DNA of 64,000 nt, taken from an uncultured Pseudomonadota bacterium (GTDB lineage Bacteria; Pseudomonadota; Alphaproteobacteria; Rs-D84). Positions 38,347 through 47,593 of the stretch are shown here, in pieces. A program made the position numbers and the translations under genes. The number at the start of each line of letters is the position of its first letter. Positions within the stretch are counted from its first letter, which is position 1. The stretch lies in the NCBI GenBank assembly GCA_902793435.1, contig CADBDF010000005.1:14383-78382 (forward strand), in the 5' to 3' direction. The notes under the pieces are model-generated. The model was not told the DNA's origin, made no database searches, and was given only the letters and a program-made list of their open reading frames with translations.

Positions 38347-41300
38347 GCAACTTTGAATCAGCTTTCAGTGGTTATAAACTTATTTACGTTTTTAGCATGC
38401 CTTACGCAGATCACGATGGTGCGTTAAAGATAGGTGAAGCAACAATAAACACCGATGAGTTGCCGGATACTTTGACCCCAAATTGTCAGGAATTAAATGC
38501 TGCTGCTAACAAACGTATTAAGCAATATACTCAGACAGCAGGCCTGAGGTACGATTTGTTATACACAGAACTTGCTAAGACAAACGCCGGTAAGGCTTTT
38601 TCTGATCATGATGTTCATAAAGTTTTAAATCGTTCAAACATAAAGAAAAAACAATTTGAAGAAGTCGATGGATCCAAAGAATGGTATATGGTTGGTTTAG
38701 ATGTTGTAAAAAATGCGATAAGGGCCGTTAAAGAAGATAGAAAATCATTGGATCCAAACGAAGCCATTTCATCTTGTGCACCGATCCTTTTACGTGATGA
38801 ACAGAAAGATGCAGTAAAGAAAACAATCAAGCGTTTCAAGTCTGGGCATAATCGTATGTTGTGGTATGCAAAGATGCGGTTTGGGAAAACATTAACAGCA
38901 ATGTCTTTGGTGGGCGAATTAGGTTTAAAACGTACAATAATCATCACGCATAGACCGGTGGTAAAAGATGGTTGGTATGATGATTTCAAAAAACTATTTT
39001 GTGATAAACCAGATTATAAATTCGCTTCACGTACAGTCGGTGAAAATTTTGAAGACGTAGAGCGCGATGCAAAACACGATAGATGTAAATATTTATACTT
39101 CGCATCCATTCAGGATTTGCGTGGCGCAGAAGCCGCTGGTGGAAAGTTTGATAAAAACAATGCGATATTTAACACCGATTGGGATATGGTCATAATTGAT
39201 GAGGCTCACGAGGGTACCCAAACAGAACTTGGTAAGAATATTGCAGAATTGTTGGTTAAAGACAAAACATACTTGTTGCAATTGTCCGGTACACCGTTCA
39301 ACTTGTTGGATAATATAGACGAAGACGAGGTCTATACTTGGGACTATATTATGGAACAGCGTGCCAAGGCAGATTGGCATAAAAAACACCTCGGTGAACC
39401 GAACCCTTATGCATCTTTGCCAAAGATGAATATATTTACTTATGACATGAGTAAAATAGAAGGTGGCAAATATGGGTCTTATACCGAAGATAAATATTTC
39501 AACTTTTCTGAGTTTTTCAAGACTAAACCAAATGGTGATTTTGTTCATGAAGACGACATTCGTGAGTTCTTAAATTTGTTAGTAGACGATAAAGCAGACA
39601 GTAATTATCCTTTCTCTAAACAAGAGTATCGTGATAACTTCAGACATTCGTTGTGGATGGTTCCTGGTGTAAAGGAAGCAAAGGCACTTAGCAAATTGTT
39701 AAAAGATCACCCTGTGTTCGGAAAGTTTAATATAGCAAACGTAGCTGGTGATGGTGACGAAGAAACAAACTTTAAAGATGCGCTGGACTTAGTACGTAAA
39801 GCGATTACGGATCATCCGCAGGACACATATTCTATAACGATTTCCTGTGGTCGTTTAACAACAGGTGTAACTGTACCAGAATGGACGGCTGTATTTATGT
39901 TGGCTGGTGCATACTCAACGGCCGCATCAACATACATGCAAACAATATTCCGTGTTCAATCGGCGGCAAACATCAATGGTCGTATCAAAGAAAACTGTTT
40001 TGTTTTTGATTTTGCACCTGATCGTACCCTGAAATGTGTTGCTGAATCTGTTAAGGTTTCAACACGTGCCGGTAAAACACGTGCAACCGATCGTGCGATA
40101 ATGGAAGATTTGTTGCAATTCTGCCCGATTATTTCGGTAACTGGTTCACATATGAACCCGTATAATGTCAATGGTATGCTTGAACAATTAAAACGTGCGT
40201 ACATTGATCGTATCGTTACTCATGGATTTGAGGATCCAAATCTGTTCAATCGTGATATGTTGTTACAGTTGGATAAATCGGCGGTTGAAAAGTTTGATGC
40301 TTTACAAAAATTGGTTGGCAGTTCAACGTCCAAAAACTCTGATACGAATAAAGAAAAACAAATTATCATGGCTGATAATGGCATGAATCCAGATGGTGCA
40401 AAACAATCTGATCAACAGCCACCACAAACGCCACTAACAGATGATGAACGTGCTGCGTTGGAAGAACGTAAAGAGGCTAAATCAAAACGCGAAAAAGCTT
40501 TAAAGGCATTGAAGGGTGTTGCTATTCGTATTCCAATGTTGATTTACGGCGCAGATATCGATGTAAACCAAGATATTGACTTGGAGCAGTTCGTTGATAT
40601 GGTTGATCCAATATCGTGGGAAGAATTTATGCCGCGTGGCATAGATAAAGAAGTGTTTAAACAATTTATCCCATATTTTGATCGTGATGCGTTTATTGGG
40701 GCTGGTAAAGAGATTCGCCAACGTATTAAACGTGCTGACCGTATGGAACCAACAACCAGAACACGTTTCATGACTGCGCTGTTCTCTACCTTTAAAAACC
40801 CTGACAAGGAAACGGTTTTAACGCCGTGGCGTGTCGTGAATATGCATATGGGTGATTGTTTGGGGGGATATAATTTTTATGATCCAGAATACAAGAATCC
40901 AATTCCAGATACCGAAGATGTTAGGTATATGGATATCCCAAATGTTACGGATGAAGTTTTTGGACCAAAAGATACCAAAATTTTGGAAATAAATTCAAAG
41001 TCTGGTTTGTATCCATTATATGTGACATACACAATTTGGCGTAAAAGATGTATGGAAAATAACATTGATATAACAAAATTAACCGAAGATGACACATTAT
41101 TTGCCAAAGCACTTGAGATATGGGACAGCGTCGTTCAAAATAATGTCTATATTATCTGCAAAACCCAAATGGCTAAAAGCATTACGCAAAGGACTTTGTG
41201 CGGCTATCGTGATGCTAAAATAAATGCACACGCTTTTGACAATTTGGTTACAATGATAAAAGATGGTAAAAGCAATAAATTTATAGAAAAAGCGAAAACT

Positions 41301-42359
41301 GGTTCAACATATAATTCAAAATCAAAGGAGGCAAATATGAAATTTAATGCGGTAGTGGGCAATCCTCCTTACCAGGAGAATATAGATAATCGTGGTGAAC
41401 AACCTCCTTTGTATCATTTTTTCTATGATTGTGCACAACAGTTATCCGCAATTGTGACCCTTATAACACCGGCTAGATTTTTGTTTAATGCTGGTAAAAC
41501 ACCGGCGGCATGGAATAAAAAGATGTTGAATGATCCTCATTTTAAGGTTGTGGATTATTTCCAAAATTCTAAAAATGTTTTTGATAGTGTAGACATTAAA
41601 GGCGGTGTTGCTATTTCTATTATAGATCAGCATCGTAATTTCGGTAAGATAGGGGACTTTGTGAAAAACAATGAGATACGAGATATTTTAGTGAAAGTCT
41701 CAAATCAAAATAATTTGTCAGAAATTGTATTTTCAAATACTAGCTATAAGTATAGCAAGCTGTTTTTTGAAGAGCACAAAGAATTAAGAGATAGAGTTTC
41801 CGGTGGATCATCAAGATATTTATCTTCATCTGTATTTGATAAATTTCCAGAAGTTTTCTATGAAGAGCTGCCAAAAGACAACAAGAAATATATCTGTATT
41901 TTAGGAAGACAGAATTCTCATCGGCGTTTTATGTGGATGAGGGCGGATTATTTATGTCCTCCAAATAATTGTAATAAATATAAAGTTTTTATAGCCAGTT
42001 CTAATGGCACGGGAGCTCTGGGTGAAGTTTTGAGTGAACCTATTGTAGGAAAGCCTTTTACAGGGGCTACAGAAACTTTTTTAAGTATTGGTAATTTTGC
42101 AAATGAAGAGCAGGCTGTGAATTTATGTAAATATATAAAAACTAAATTTGCTAGAGTAATGCTGGGGACTAAAAAAGTAACACAGGGCAATAAAAAACCA
42201 GAAATTTGGTCTAATATCCCTTTGCAGGATTTTACGAATAAATCTGATATTGACTGGTCTAAATCTATTGCCGAAATAGATAAGCAATTATACAAGAAGT
42301 ACGGCCTGGATAAAAAAGAAATCGATTTCATCGAATCCATGATCAAACCAATGGAGTAA
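38343..42359 (+). CDS. GIY-YIG/T5orf172-like domain - SF2 (ResIII/SNF2-like) helicase - Eco57I-type N6-adenine MTase fusion protein
   Basis: 1338 aa. The N-terminus has YKLIYVF..LKIGEA..KEWYMV. Helicase motifs are Walker A MRFGKT (~38875-38892), DEAH (39198-39209), LSGTP and QTIFRVQS. MTase motifs are motif X ETVLTPWRVV, atypical motif I ILEINSKSGLYPLYV and NPPY at 41361-41372. Confidence 0.85.
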   Translation: MSNFESAFSGYKLIYVFSMPYADHDGALKIGEATINTDELPDTLTPNCQELNAAANKRIKQYTQTAGLRYDLLYTELAKTNAGKAFSDHDVHKVLNRSNIKKKQFEEVDGSKEWYMVGLDVVKNAIRAVKEDRKSLDPNEAISSCAPILLRDEQKDAVKKTIKRFKSGHNRMLWYAKMRFGKTLTAMSLVGELGLKRTIIITHRPVVKDGWYDDFKKLFCDKPDYKFASRTVGENFEDVERDAKHDRCKYLYFASIQDLRGAEAAGGKFDKNNAIFNTDWDMVIIDEAHEGTQTELGKNIAELLVKDKTYLLQLSGTPFNLLDNIDEDEVYTWDYIMEQRAKADWHKKHLGEPNPYASLPKMNIFTYDMSKIEGGKYGSYTEDKYFNFSEFFKTKPNGDFVHEDDIREFLNLLVDDKADSNYPFSKQEYRDNFRHSLWMVPGVKEAKALSKLLKDHPVFGKFNIANVAGDGDEETNFKDALDLVRKAITDHPQDTYSITISCGRLTTGVTVPEWTAVFMLAGAYSTAASTYMQTIFRVQSAANINGRIKENCFVFDFAPDRTLKCVAESVKVSTRAGKTRATDRAIMEDLLQFCPIISVTGSHMNPYNVNGMLEQLKRAYIDRIVTHGFEDPNLFNRDMLLQLDKSAVEKFDALQKLVGSSTSKNSDTNKEKQIIMADNGMNPDGAKQSDQQPPQTPLTDDERAALEERKEAKSKREKALKALKGVAIRIPMLIYGADIDVNQDIDLEQFVDMVDPISWEEFMPRGIDKEVFKQFIPYFDRDAFIGAGKEIRQRIKRADRMEPTTRTRFMTALFSTFKNPDKETVLTPWRVVNMHMGDCLGGYNFYDPEYKNPIPDTEDVRYMDIPNVTDEVFGPKDTKILEINSKSGLYPLYVTYTIWRKRCMENNIDITKLTEDDTLFAKALEIWDSVVQNNVYIICKTQMAKSITQRTLCGYRDAKINAHAFDNLVTMIKDGKSNKFIEKAKTGSTYNSKSKEANMKFNAVVGNPPYQENIDNRGEQPPLYHFFYDCAQQLSAIVTLITPARFLFNAGKTPAAWNKKMLNDPHFKVVDYFQNSKNVFDSVDIKGGVAISIIDQHRNFGKIGDFVKNNEIRDILVKVSNQNNLSEIVFSNTSYKYSKLFFEEHKELRDRVSGGSSRYLSSSVFDKFPEVFYEELPKDNKKYICILGRQNSHRRFMWMRADYLCPPNNCNKYKVFIASSNGTGALGEVLSEPIVGKPFTGATETFLSIGNFANEEQAVNLCKYIKTKFARVMLGTKKVTQGNKKPEIWSNIPLQDFTNKSDIDWSKSIAEIDKQLYKKYGLDKKEIDFIESMIKPME

Positions 42360-42364
42360 AGTGT

Positions 42365-42703
42365 ATGCGAGTAGATGTGAACTTTAAAATATCCAACGAT
42401 AATGATAATCAATACCATGATGAAATTGTTGCTGGCTTGATGGATAGATATAATTGGTATGAAGAGTATGGTTTAATTGGTGGCGACATTCCTAATATGG
42501 TAAATAATGATGTCTGCATGTCAGAGTGCTATAAAATGGTTTTGGCGGTTGTTCAGGATGTAGCAACAAAGTATAATCAAATATTACAACTTGATGCTTT
42601 ATATATTTCGGTGAATCTTGTTGCTAGAAATTACGTACCTGGGCAGCAAATACAACCTGGAACAATGAAAGAATATAAGAACATAACAGTTAAACCAATA
42701 TAG
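42365..42703 (+). CDS. hypothetical protein, last gene of operon
   Basis: 112-aa ORF starting 5 nt after the previous stop. A GGAG RBS sits within the upstream gene's end. Confidence 0.5.
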   Translation: MRVDVNFKISNDNDNQYHDEIVAGLMDRYNWYEEYGLIGGDIPNMVNNDVCMSECYKMVLAVVQDVATKYNQILQLDALYISVNLVARNYVPGQQIQPGTMKEYKNITVKPI

Positions 42704-42733
42704 ATACAAAGTTCGTAAAAATAAATTTATAAC

Positions 42734-43219
42734 TTATTGCGCTGTTTGACTCTTTGCCGCTAACAGATTGGCGCGTTCGTTCTTTTTCTCTTGTAAATCT
42801 ATGTAAGTATATCTGCGTGAAGTTTTTATCGGGTACGTAGAGTACACAAAATCAATGAACTTATTAAACGAAAAATCTTTCGTAAGCTCAATAACTTTAC
42901 AAATAACGTTTTTTTCAGATTCTGTTAAATGTTTATAATCATAATTTGTGTTCTTTATGCTTATATACAAAGCTGTCCCATGCGGAGTTTTTGTAAAGAA
43001 CTCTTCTGATGCAGCGTCGCACACTTCTTGAACATAAGGTCCATAATTGTGAAAAAACCATTTGATGCCAGATATGCTTTTTGCATCTGGCGTTAGCAAT
43101 ACGTTTCGCCAGTCAGACAAAAACACCAACTTTGTAAGTCGTGCGTTGGATAGATCTTGTCTTTTGTTTTCGGGGTATGCCGATATGATAAAATGTATGA
43201 TTTCTTGCAGTTTATTCAT
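42734..43219 (-). CDS. Panacea (DUF4065, SocA/PanA-like) domain protein
   Basis: ARLTKLVFLSDWRNVLL...FFHNYGPYVQEV matches the DUF4065 pattern. The start overlaps the upstream gene's stop by 8 nt. Confidence 0.7.
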   Translation of the reverse strand: MNKLQEIIHFIISAYPENKRQDLSNARLTKLVFLSDWRNVLLTPDAKSISGIKWFFHNYGPYVQEVCDAASEEFFTKTPHGTALYISIKNTNYDYKHLTESEKNVICKVIELTKDFSFNKFIDFVYSTYPIKTSRRYTYIDLQEKKNERANLLAAKSQTAQ

Positions 43220-44057
43220 TTTCTAACCCCTCGACTTCTTTCATTATTTTAACATATTTGTAATAAGATTTGAATAATTTTGTTATCTTTTTAAACACCG
43301 CTTTACACAAGTATTTTATAATTAGCTTTTGAAAAAATTTTCCAAAATGACCGTAAAGCGACTCATTTGTTGTTTCAAACACGATAACACCAAGTTTTTC
43401 ATCATTGCATTTGAATTGTTGTGCATAATAAATTGCGGATTTCATTTTTATTCCATGTAATACTTTTTGATCCATATTTGGGTATGTGTTTTTGTTCTTT
43501 TTTACCCACTGACTGGCAGATTCTACTTTGCCAAAATTATGGTATATGTTACGCGTGTTATTAAAACATGTTCCGACAATATCGTCTTGTAAAATTAGAC
43601 TTTTAGGATCTTTATTCTTTTGGTTTTCATTTGCTGAATACCTATAAAATCGCAAGAAAGATTGTGTCGTATCCTGGATGTATATTGTGACGCGTTCATT
43701 TGCTTCAAAATTTGCCAACAATGAAGAAAGGGCCATGACTTTATCACAAGATTTAAATAAGTGCTTTTTTACCAGGCTTTTTAAATCTTCAGGATCATAG
43801 GTGTTGCTTAAGTGTTCAAACCAACCTAACATCGGATCTATTATTATTGCACGCAAGCACCACAATATAACGACAACAAGCGCAAACACCCGTAAGGCTG
43901 GTGCAATATTGTAACCAAATATAACATGCCCATCAGGGAAAAGAGAAAAATAGGCCAATATTATAGCAACTATGAACGGGCCGCCAAACATCAAACGACC
44001 GTTTATATTCCAATTCAGTTTTATGTTATGAAAAATATTATAGAACCAAAATCTCAT
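43212..44057 (-). CDS. membrane protein (2-3 TM) with cytoplasmic GAF-like domain
   Basis: N-terminal hydrophobic helices (FGGPFIVAIILAYFSLF, ALRVFALVVVILWCL). The C-terminal region ends in a KLGVIVFETTNESLYGHF GAF-like pattern; this domain call is weak. Confidence 0.55.
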   Translation of the reverse strand: MRFWFYNIFHNIKLNWNINGRLMFGGPFIVAIILAYFSLFPDGHVIFGYNIAPALRVFALVVVILWCLRAIIIDPMLGWFEHLSNTYDPEDLKSLVKKHLFKSCDKVMALSSLLANFEANERVTIYIQDTTQSFLRFYRYSANENQKNKDPKSLILQDDIVGTCFNNTRNIYHNFGKVESASQWVKKNKNTYPNMDQKVLHGIKMKSAIYYAQQFKCNDEKLGVIVFETTNESLYGHFGKFFQKLIIKYLCKAVFKKITKLFKSYYKYVKIMKEVEGLENE

Positions 44058-44157
44058 GGAAAAACCAGTACCACACTTCCTTGAAAAAAACTTACTTGAA
44101 TATAATCAAATTGTTTGCCTTATAGTTGTATAAAATACTTCTTGTTAACGATTACGC

Positions 44158-44186
44158 ATTGTATCATAAAATGCCATAAAAGTCAA
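44158..44186 (-). promoter_or_regulatory. sigma70-like promoter for the TM/Panacea operon
   Basis: The minus strand reads TTGACT-N17-TACAAT, about 95 nt upstream of the start at 44057. Confidence 0.4.
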
Positions 44187-44241
44187 TAAAAAAGCCAAAA
44201 ATAGCGAAGTGGTTCAATATGGTATAAAATATCGTTTTGCT

Positions 44242-44688
44242 TCAGGTTGTAATAAACACAAACCCGAACCATTTGCGTAAAAGGTTAAGATGTGCTTGGT
44301 ATGTTGTTGCGCTGGCTTGTTCTCGCTTGAATTCGGCAATTTCTTCGGCCGACAGGCCAAGTTCCCGAGCAAATCGATTAGCTAGCCCTATAAGGTAGAA
44401 AACGTTTCCTTGCGGGCTTTTCAGGTCAATAACGATGCCAGTCGGATACTTTGCGTTGGGTATAGTGGGTATATCGTTGCGCTGGTAGGCTTTATGATGG
44501 GCCACAACCTGCACAAACTTGTTTTGTATACGGCGGAGCAGCCATGCCTGGCGGCAGGTCAATTTACCGCCGTTTGTGCGACGAATTGCGGCCTGTAGTT
44601 CGCGTAAAGACCGACAAGCGGCAAAATATAACATCACAAAATCTGTGCGATGGTTGGGCAAAATATCGTCAAAATGCGTATATTTCAT
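44242..44688 (-). CDS. hypothetical protein (has a relic paralogue at 51005-51211)
   Basis: The ATG at 44688 follows an aaagga RBS. The segment TNGGKLTCRQAWLLRRIQNKF recurs outside the island. Confidence 0.5.
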   Translation of the reverse strand: MKYTHFDDILPNHRTDFVMLYFAACRSLRELQAAIRRTNGGKLTCRQAWLLRRIQNKFVQVVAHHKAYQRNDIPTIPNAKYPTGIVIDLKSPQGNVFYLIGLANRFARELGLSAEEIAEFKREQASATTYQAHLNLLRKWFGFVFITT

Positions 44689-44812
44689 AGACAATCCTTT
44701 TAAGGTTGTCGTATTTGTCCGCATTTATTGCCAAAAGTCCAGTTGTTTGTTGTAAATAAAGGATATTGCTTGTTTTTCAAATTTTTGGTAATTTGGAACC
44801 AAAGGGGACAAA

Positions 44813-45574
44813 ATGGCAGATTATAAGGAATATCTGGATAAAATAAGAAATTCGCAGTTGTTATATTTTGATTCATTTCCATTGGATATGACGTCTTGTG
44901 AATATAATGTGCATTTGTTGTTGAATAAAATGGCAGAGTCAAGAAAATCGTATTTATTACTAATGGACAATGAAAGGTTTTCAGATGCCGTATTGATAGC
45001 AGGACATTTGTTAGAGAATGCTGCGGTGATCAATTATATTTCTGCCAGTTTGCAAGAAGCTAATACAAAACAAATAAGCAAATTACAAACTCTATGTGAT
45101 TTATTCAAATTTGTAGGCGATGATAATGTGGATGCGGAAACTCAAGAAACTATAGATTTTATAATGGATGATTTTAAGAATAGATGCGACATAGTTGTAT
45201 CGAAAAAAGCGGAACAAAGTCACGAAGAATTGGTCCAGACTATATTGATGGCTATGACAAATTCGGAAAAATTAAGAATTATAAAAAATAATTACGAATT
45301 TCCGGTGGTTGAAGATTATTTGAGGCCGTTTAGGAAAGATTTATCAAATTTTTATGGTTTTTCCGGTATTGATAAAAAGCTTGTGTTGTTTTATTCGTCA
45401 TATTGCAAAATAAAACACTGCGGGGCGGCTATGTATGCGCCAGTTCTATGCAAAGATAGGGTTGTTATGAATAAAAATCAGTACAGAGACCTTAGCCCTA
45501 TAGTTGTCTGGATGTGTTTGGAATACACAGAAAAGAATATAAAAAATATATTGTCAATAAACGAACTAAAATAA
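44813..45574 (+). CDS. hypothetical protein
   Basis: 253-aa ORF with a ggggacaaa RBS-like stretch. No confident domain. Confidence 0.5.
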   Translation: MADYKEYLDKIRNSQLLYFDSFPLDMTSCEYNVHLLLNKMAESRKSYLLLMDNERFSDAVLIAGHLLENAAVINYISASLQEANTKQISKLQTLCDLFKFVGDDNVDAETQETIDFIMDDFKNRCDIVVSKKAEQSHEELVQTILMAMTNSEKLRIIKNNYEFPVVEDYLRPFRKDLSNFYGFSGIDKKLVLFYSSYCKIKHCGAAMYAPVLCKDRVVMNKNQYRDLSPIVVWMCLEYTEKNIKNILSINELK

Positions 45575-46402
45575 GTCGTGTTTTAGATTTTTTCTACGTC
45601 TCTTTCGATTCCTTTTGTTCTGTTTTTCTTCTTCAAGATCTTTTTTGCACTTTTCCTTATAGTCAGCAAAACGTTTGTTATATAGCATCTTCATTTCAGA
45701 TATAAATTTTTTGACATTTGTAGAAATGTCTTCCGCTGATTTGATTTTGGTGTATTTATTTACGATTTTTGTGTGTTCTTTATCTTGCGACAATATAAAT
45801 AAACCAACTTGATCAAACAATTCCAGATAGGACCATTTTGGTAATTTTTCACGATGTGGTCCTAAATTGGTGTGAATTATTACAGAAACTTCTTTCAGCT
45901 TTTCAAAACCAGTAATGTTTTTAAAATATTGTGAGAACACCTGTTTATTTGTTTGTAACGTTTGTTGTGCATAGGCACATTGATTGTAGGCTTCATGTGG
46001 TGGTATAAATAAAAAAGTAATATCTTCTTTTGATAGCGGTTGTATTATTATTTCAGATTTTGGTTTTAAATGAATAAACACGTCAAATTCATGATAACTA
46101 TATAACTTCAACATTATGGTTAGTTCTTTGACTTTAATAGCTTCTCTTGAGCGGTTTTTTATAGATAGTTCTACATGTGGATTTTGTTCCTGGTCTTGCT
46201 TCCCTTCTCTAAATTCTGGAATGCCGGATTTTATTGCAAATTTAGCGAAAGTTGTTAAAAACTCTCTCAGGGGGAAAAATAATGCGACCGCAACAGCTAG
46301 AAAAGTTGCAACTACTCCAGCCTTTTCCCAAGCAGAATCACGACCAAGTTGTTCGATGGTTTTTAATAATTGTTGAAAGTCTGAATTTGATATTATCACC
46401 AT
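45566..46402 (-). CDS. hypothetical membrane-anchored protein with highly basic C-terminus
   Basis: 278 aa with one TM (GVVATFLAVAVALFFPL) and the tail KRNRKRRRKNLK. It overlaps the convergent neighbour by 9 nt. Confidence 0.45.
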   Translation of the reverse strand: MVIISNSDFQQLLKTIEQLGRDSAWEKAGVVATFLAVAVALFFPLREFLTTFAKFAIKSGIPEFREGKQDQEQNPHVELSIKNRSREAIKVKELTIMLKLYSYHEFDVFIHLKPKSEIIIQPLSKEDITFLFIPPHEAYNQCAYAQQTLQTNKQVFSQYFKNITGFEKLKEVSVIIHTNLGPHREKLPKWSYLELFDQVGLFILSQDKEHTKIVNKYTKIKSAEDISTNVKKFISEMKMLYNKRFADYKEKCKKDLEEEKQNKRNRKRRRKNLKHDLF

Positions 46403-46543
46403 ATTATAACCTTACTACTGCGGATATAGGTATAAAATCAGATTTTTCAATAATAGTATCGCATTATGTTCAAAATATGTAGACAATTTTACGGGTTGAA
46501 AAAGCATAAGTTATTCATAAGACGACGGATAGGTTACGGATCC

Positions 46544-46562
46544 TGTGTAGCTATTGTGTAGC
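46544..46562 (+). repeat. two direct TGTGTAGC repeats (putative arm-type sites, tRNA-proximal end)
   Basis: Copies at 46544 and 46555, in the same orientation as the left-end cluster, about 135-150 bp from the att core. Confidence 0.5.
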
Positions 46563-46629
46563 CAGAGGGGTGTTTTATGGCGTATTTTGGTGTATCGTAG
46601 TATGCGTAAATACAGAAGTGTTAAGTAAA

Positions 46630-46660
46630 GAAAATGCCGTAAACCTGCGGGGTTTACGGC
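46630..46660 (-). terminator. terminator after tRNA-Asn (island-encoded)
   Basis: Stem gccgtaaacc / ggtttacggc. Confidence 0.5.
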
Positions 46661-46669
46661 GGAATTCCT

Positions 46670-46745
46670 TGGCTCGGGCAACTGGACTCGAACCAGTGAC
46701 ATACGGATTAACAGTCCGTTGTTCTACCGACTGAACTATGCCCGA
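46670..46745 (-). tRNA. tRNA-Asn (anticodon GTT)
   Basis: Hand-folded 76-nt cloverleaf with anticodon loop CTGTTAA and an encoded CCA. It is close to E. coli tRNA-Asn. Confidence 0.92.
46695..46714 (+). repeat. att core inside tRNA-Asn (anticodon loop to start of T-stem)
   Basis: Identical to 30970-30989. Confidence 0.6.
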
Positions 46746-47239
46746 ATAACGAGGCATATAATATACTGAAAATCCGCACAAGTCAAGGACTTTCTAAACA
46801 TTTTGCAAAGAATTTTCGTCTGCCCTAGTAATCTGCCATTTTGAGCAAAAAATGCCCCGGTGCAGACAATGTGTAAAACGTTGTTAAAAATATCTGAAAG
46901 TCAAAATGTCTCTATAGATATATTCGTATACAGTTTTGCTACAAACTAATATATTTTACAATTCGTCTTTGTTGGTTCCTAGAACGGCCATTCCGTCGTT
47001 CTAGGAAAGGGTAAAAAAAGATAGGGTGTATTGAATAATGCCTGGATTTATCTGGGCTTGTTCAATCAAGAATAGAAAAAACAATGTAGAATCTATAAGC
47101 GATTATTCTGTTGTTTTGATAGATTCGTGGTTGAGCAGGACAAAACCTTTTCTATAACAAAACCATATTTATTTACTTTTTATGCCTTTACAAAACTATA
47201 AAATTTATGCATATATAGTAAGACCAAGAGGAAATATTT

Positions 47240-47593
47240 ATGAATAATTTTGATTTTGTTGAAGATGTATTAAAAAAAGCGAAATCCTCATACGACATTT
47301 CGGAGGATAAACAGTTACAGCAAGAAAATATAGCCGCATTGCAAAGCGGTGATTTAGCCTGGATTGATAAACAACGTCAAATAAGTATAAACAAATATAA
47401 AGAACAAATAAACTTTCTATCTAAAGTTACAAATGTTGGAATTTTTCAAAAGACGGATGCAATGCCTGAAAATGTGTTAGGTAATTTGGATTACATAACC
47501 AGAATGATACCTACGTATGTAATTTGCAGGGAATTACAAGGCGAAGCTAGAGATCATGTTTTGAAAATGTTTTTTACCCAATTTCTTTCATAA
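47240..47593 (+). CDS. small conserved protein, paralogue B (R-M-associated)
   Basis: 117 aa, homologous to the 36916..37290 product. A TTTACA-N17/19-(C/T)ATATA promoter-like sequence lies upstream. Its 3' end overlaps the convergent R-M gene by 20 nt. Confidence 0.6.
   Translation: MNNFDFVEDVLKKAKSSYDISEDKQLQQENIAALQSGDLAWIDKQRQISINKYKEQINFLSKVTNVGIFQKTDAMPENVLGNLDYITRMIPTYVICRELQGEARDHVLKMFFTQFLS

Larger units (their letters stand above)
30970..46714. mobile_element. tRNA-Asn-associated integrative genomic island (about 15.7 kb)
   Basis: A 20-bp direct repeat agtgacatacggattaacag marks both ends (30970-30989 and 46695-46714, the latter inside tRNA-Asn). TGTGTAGC arm-type repeats cluster at both ends. 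The island carries AlpA-like and tyrosine integrase genes and defence/TA-like cargo. Confidence 0.7.
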
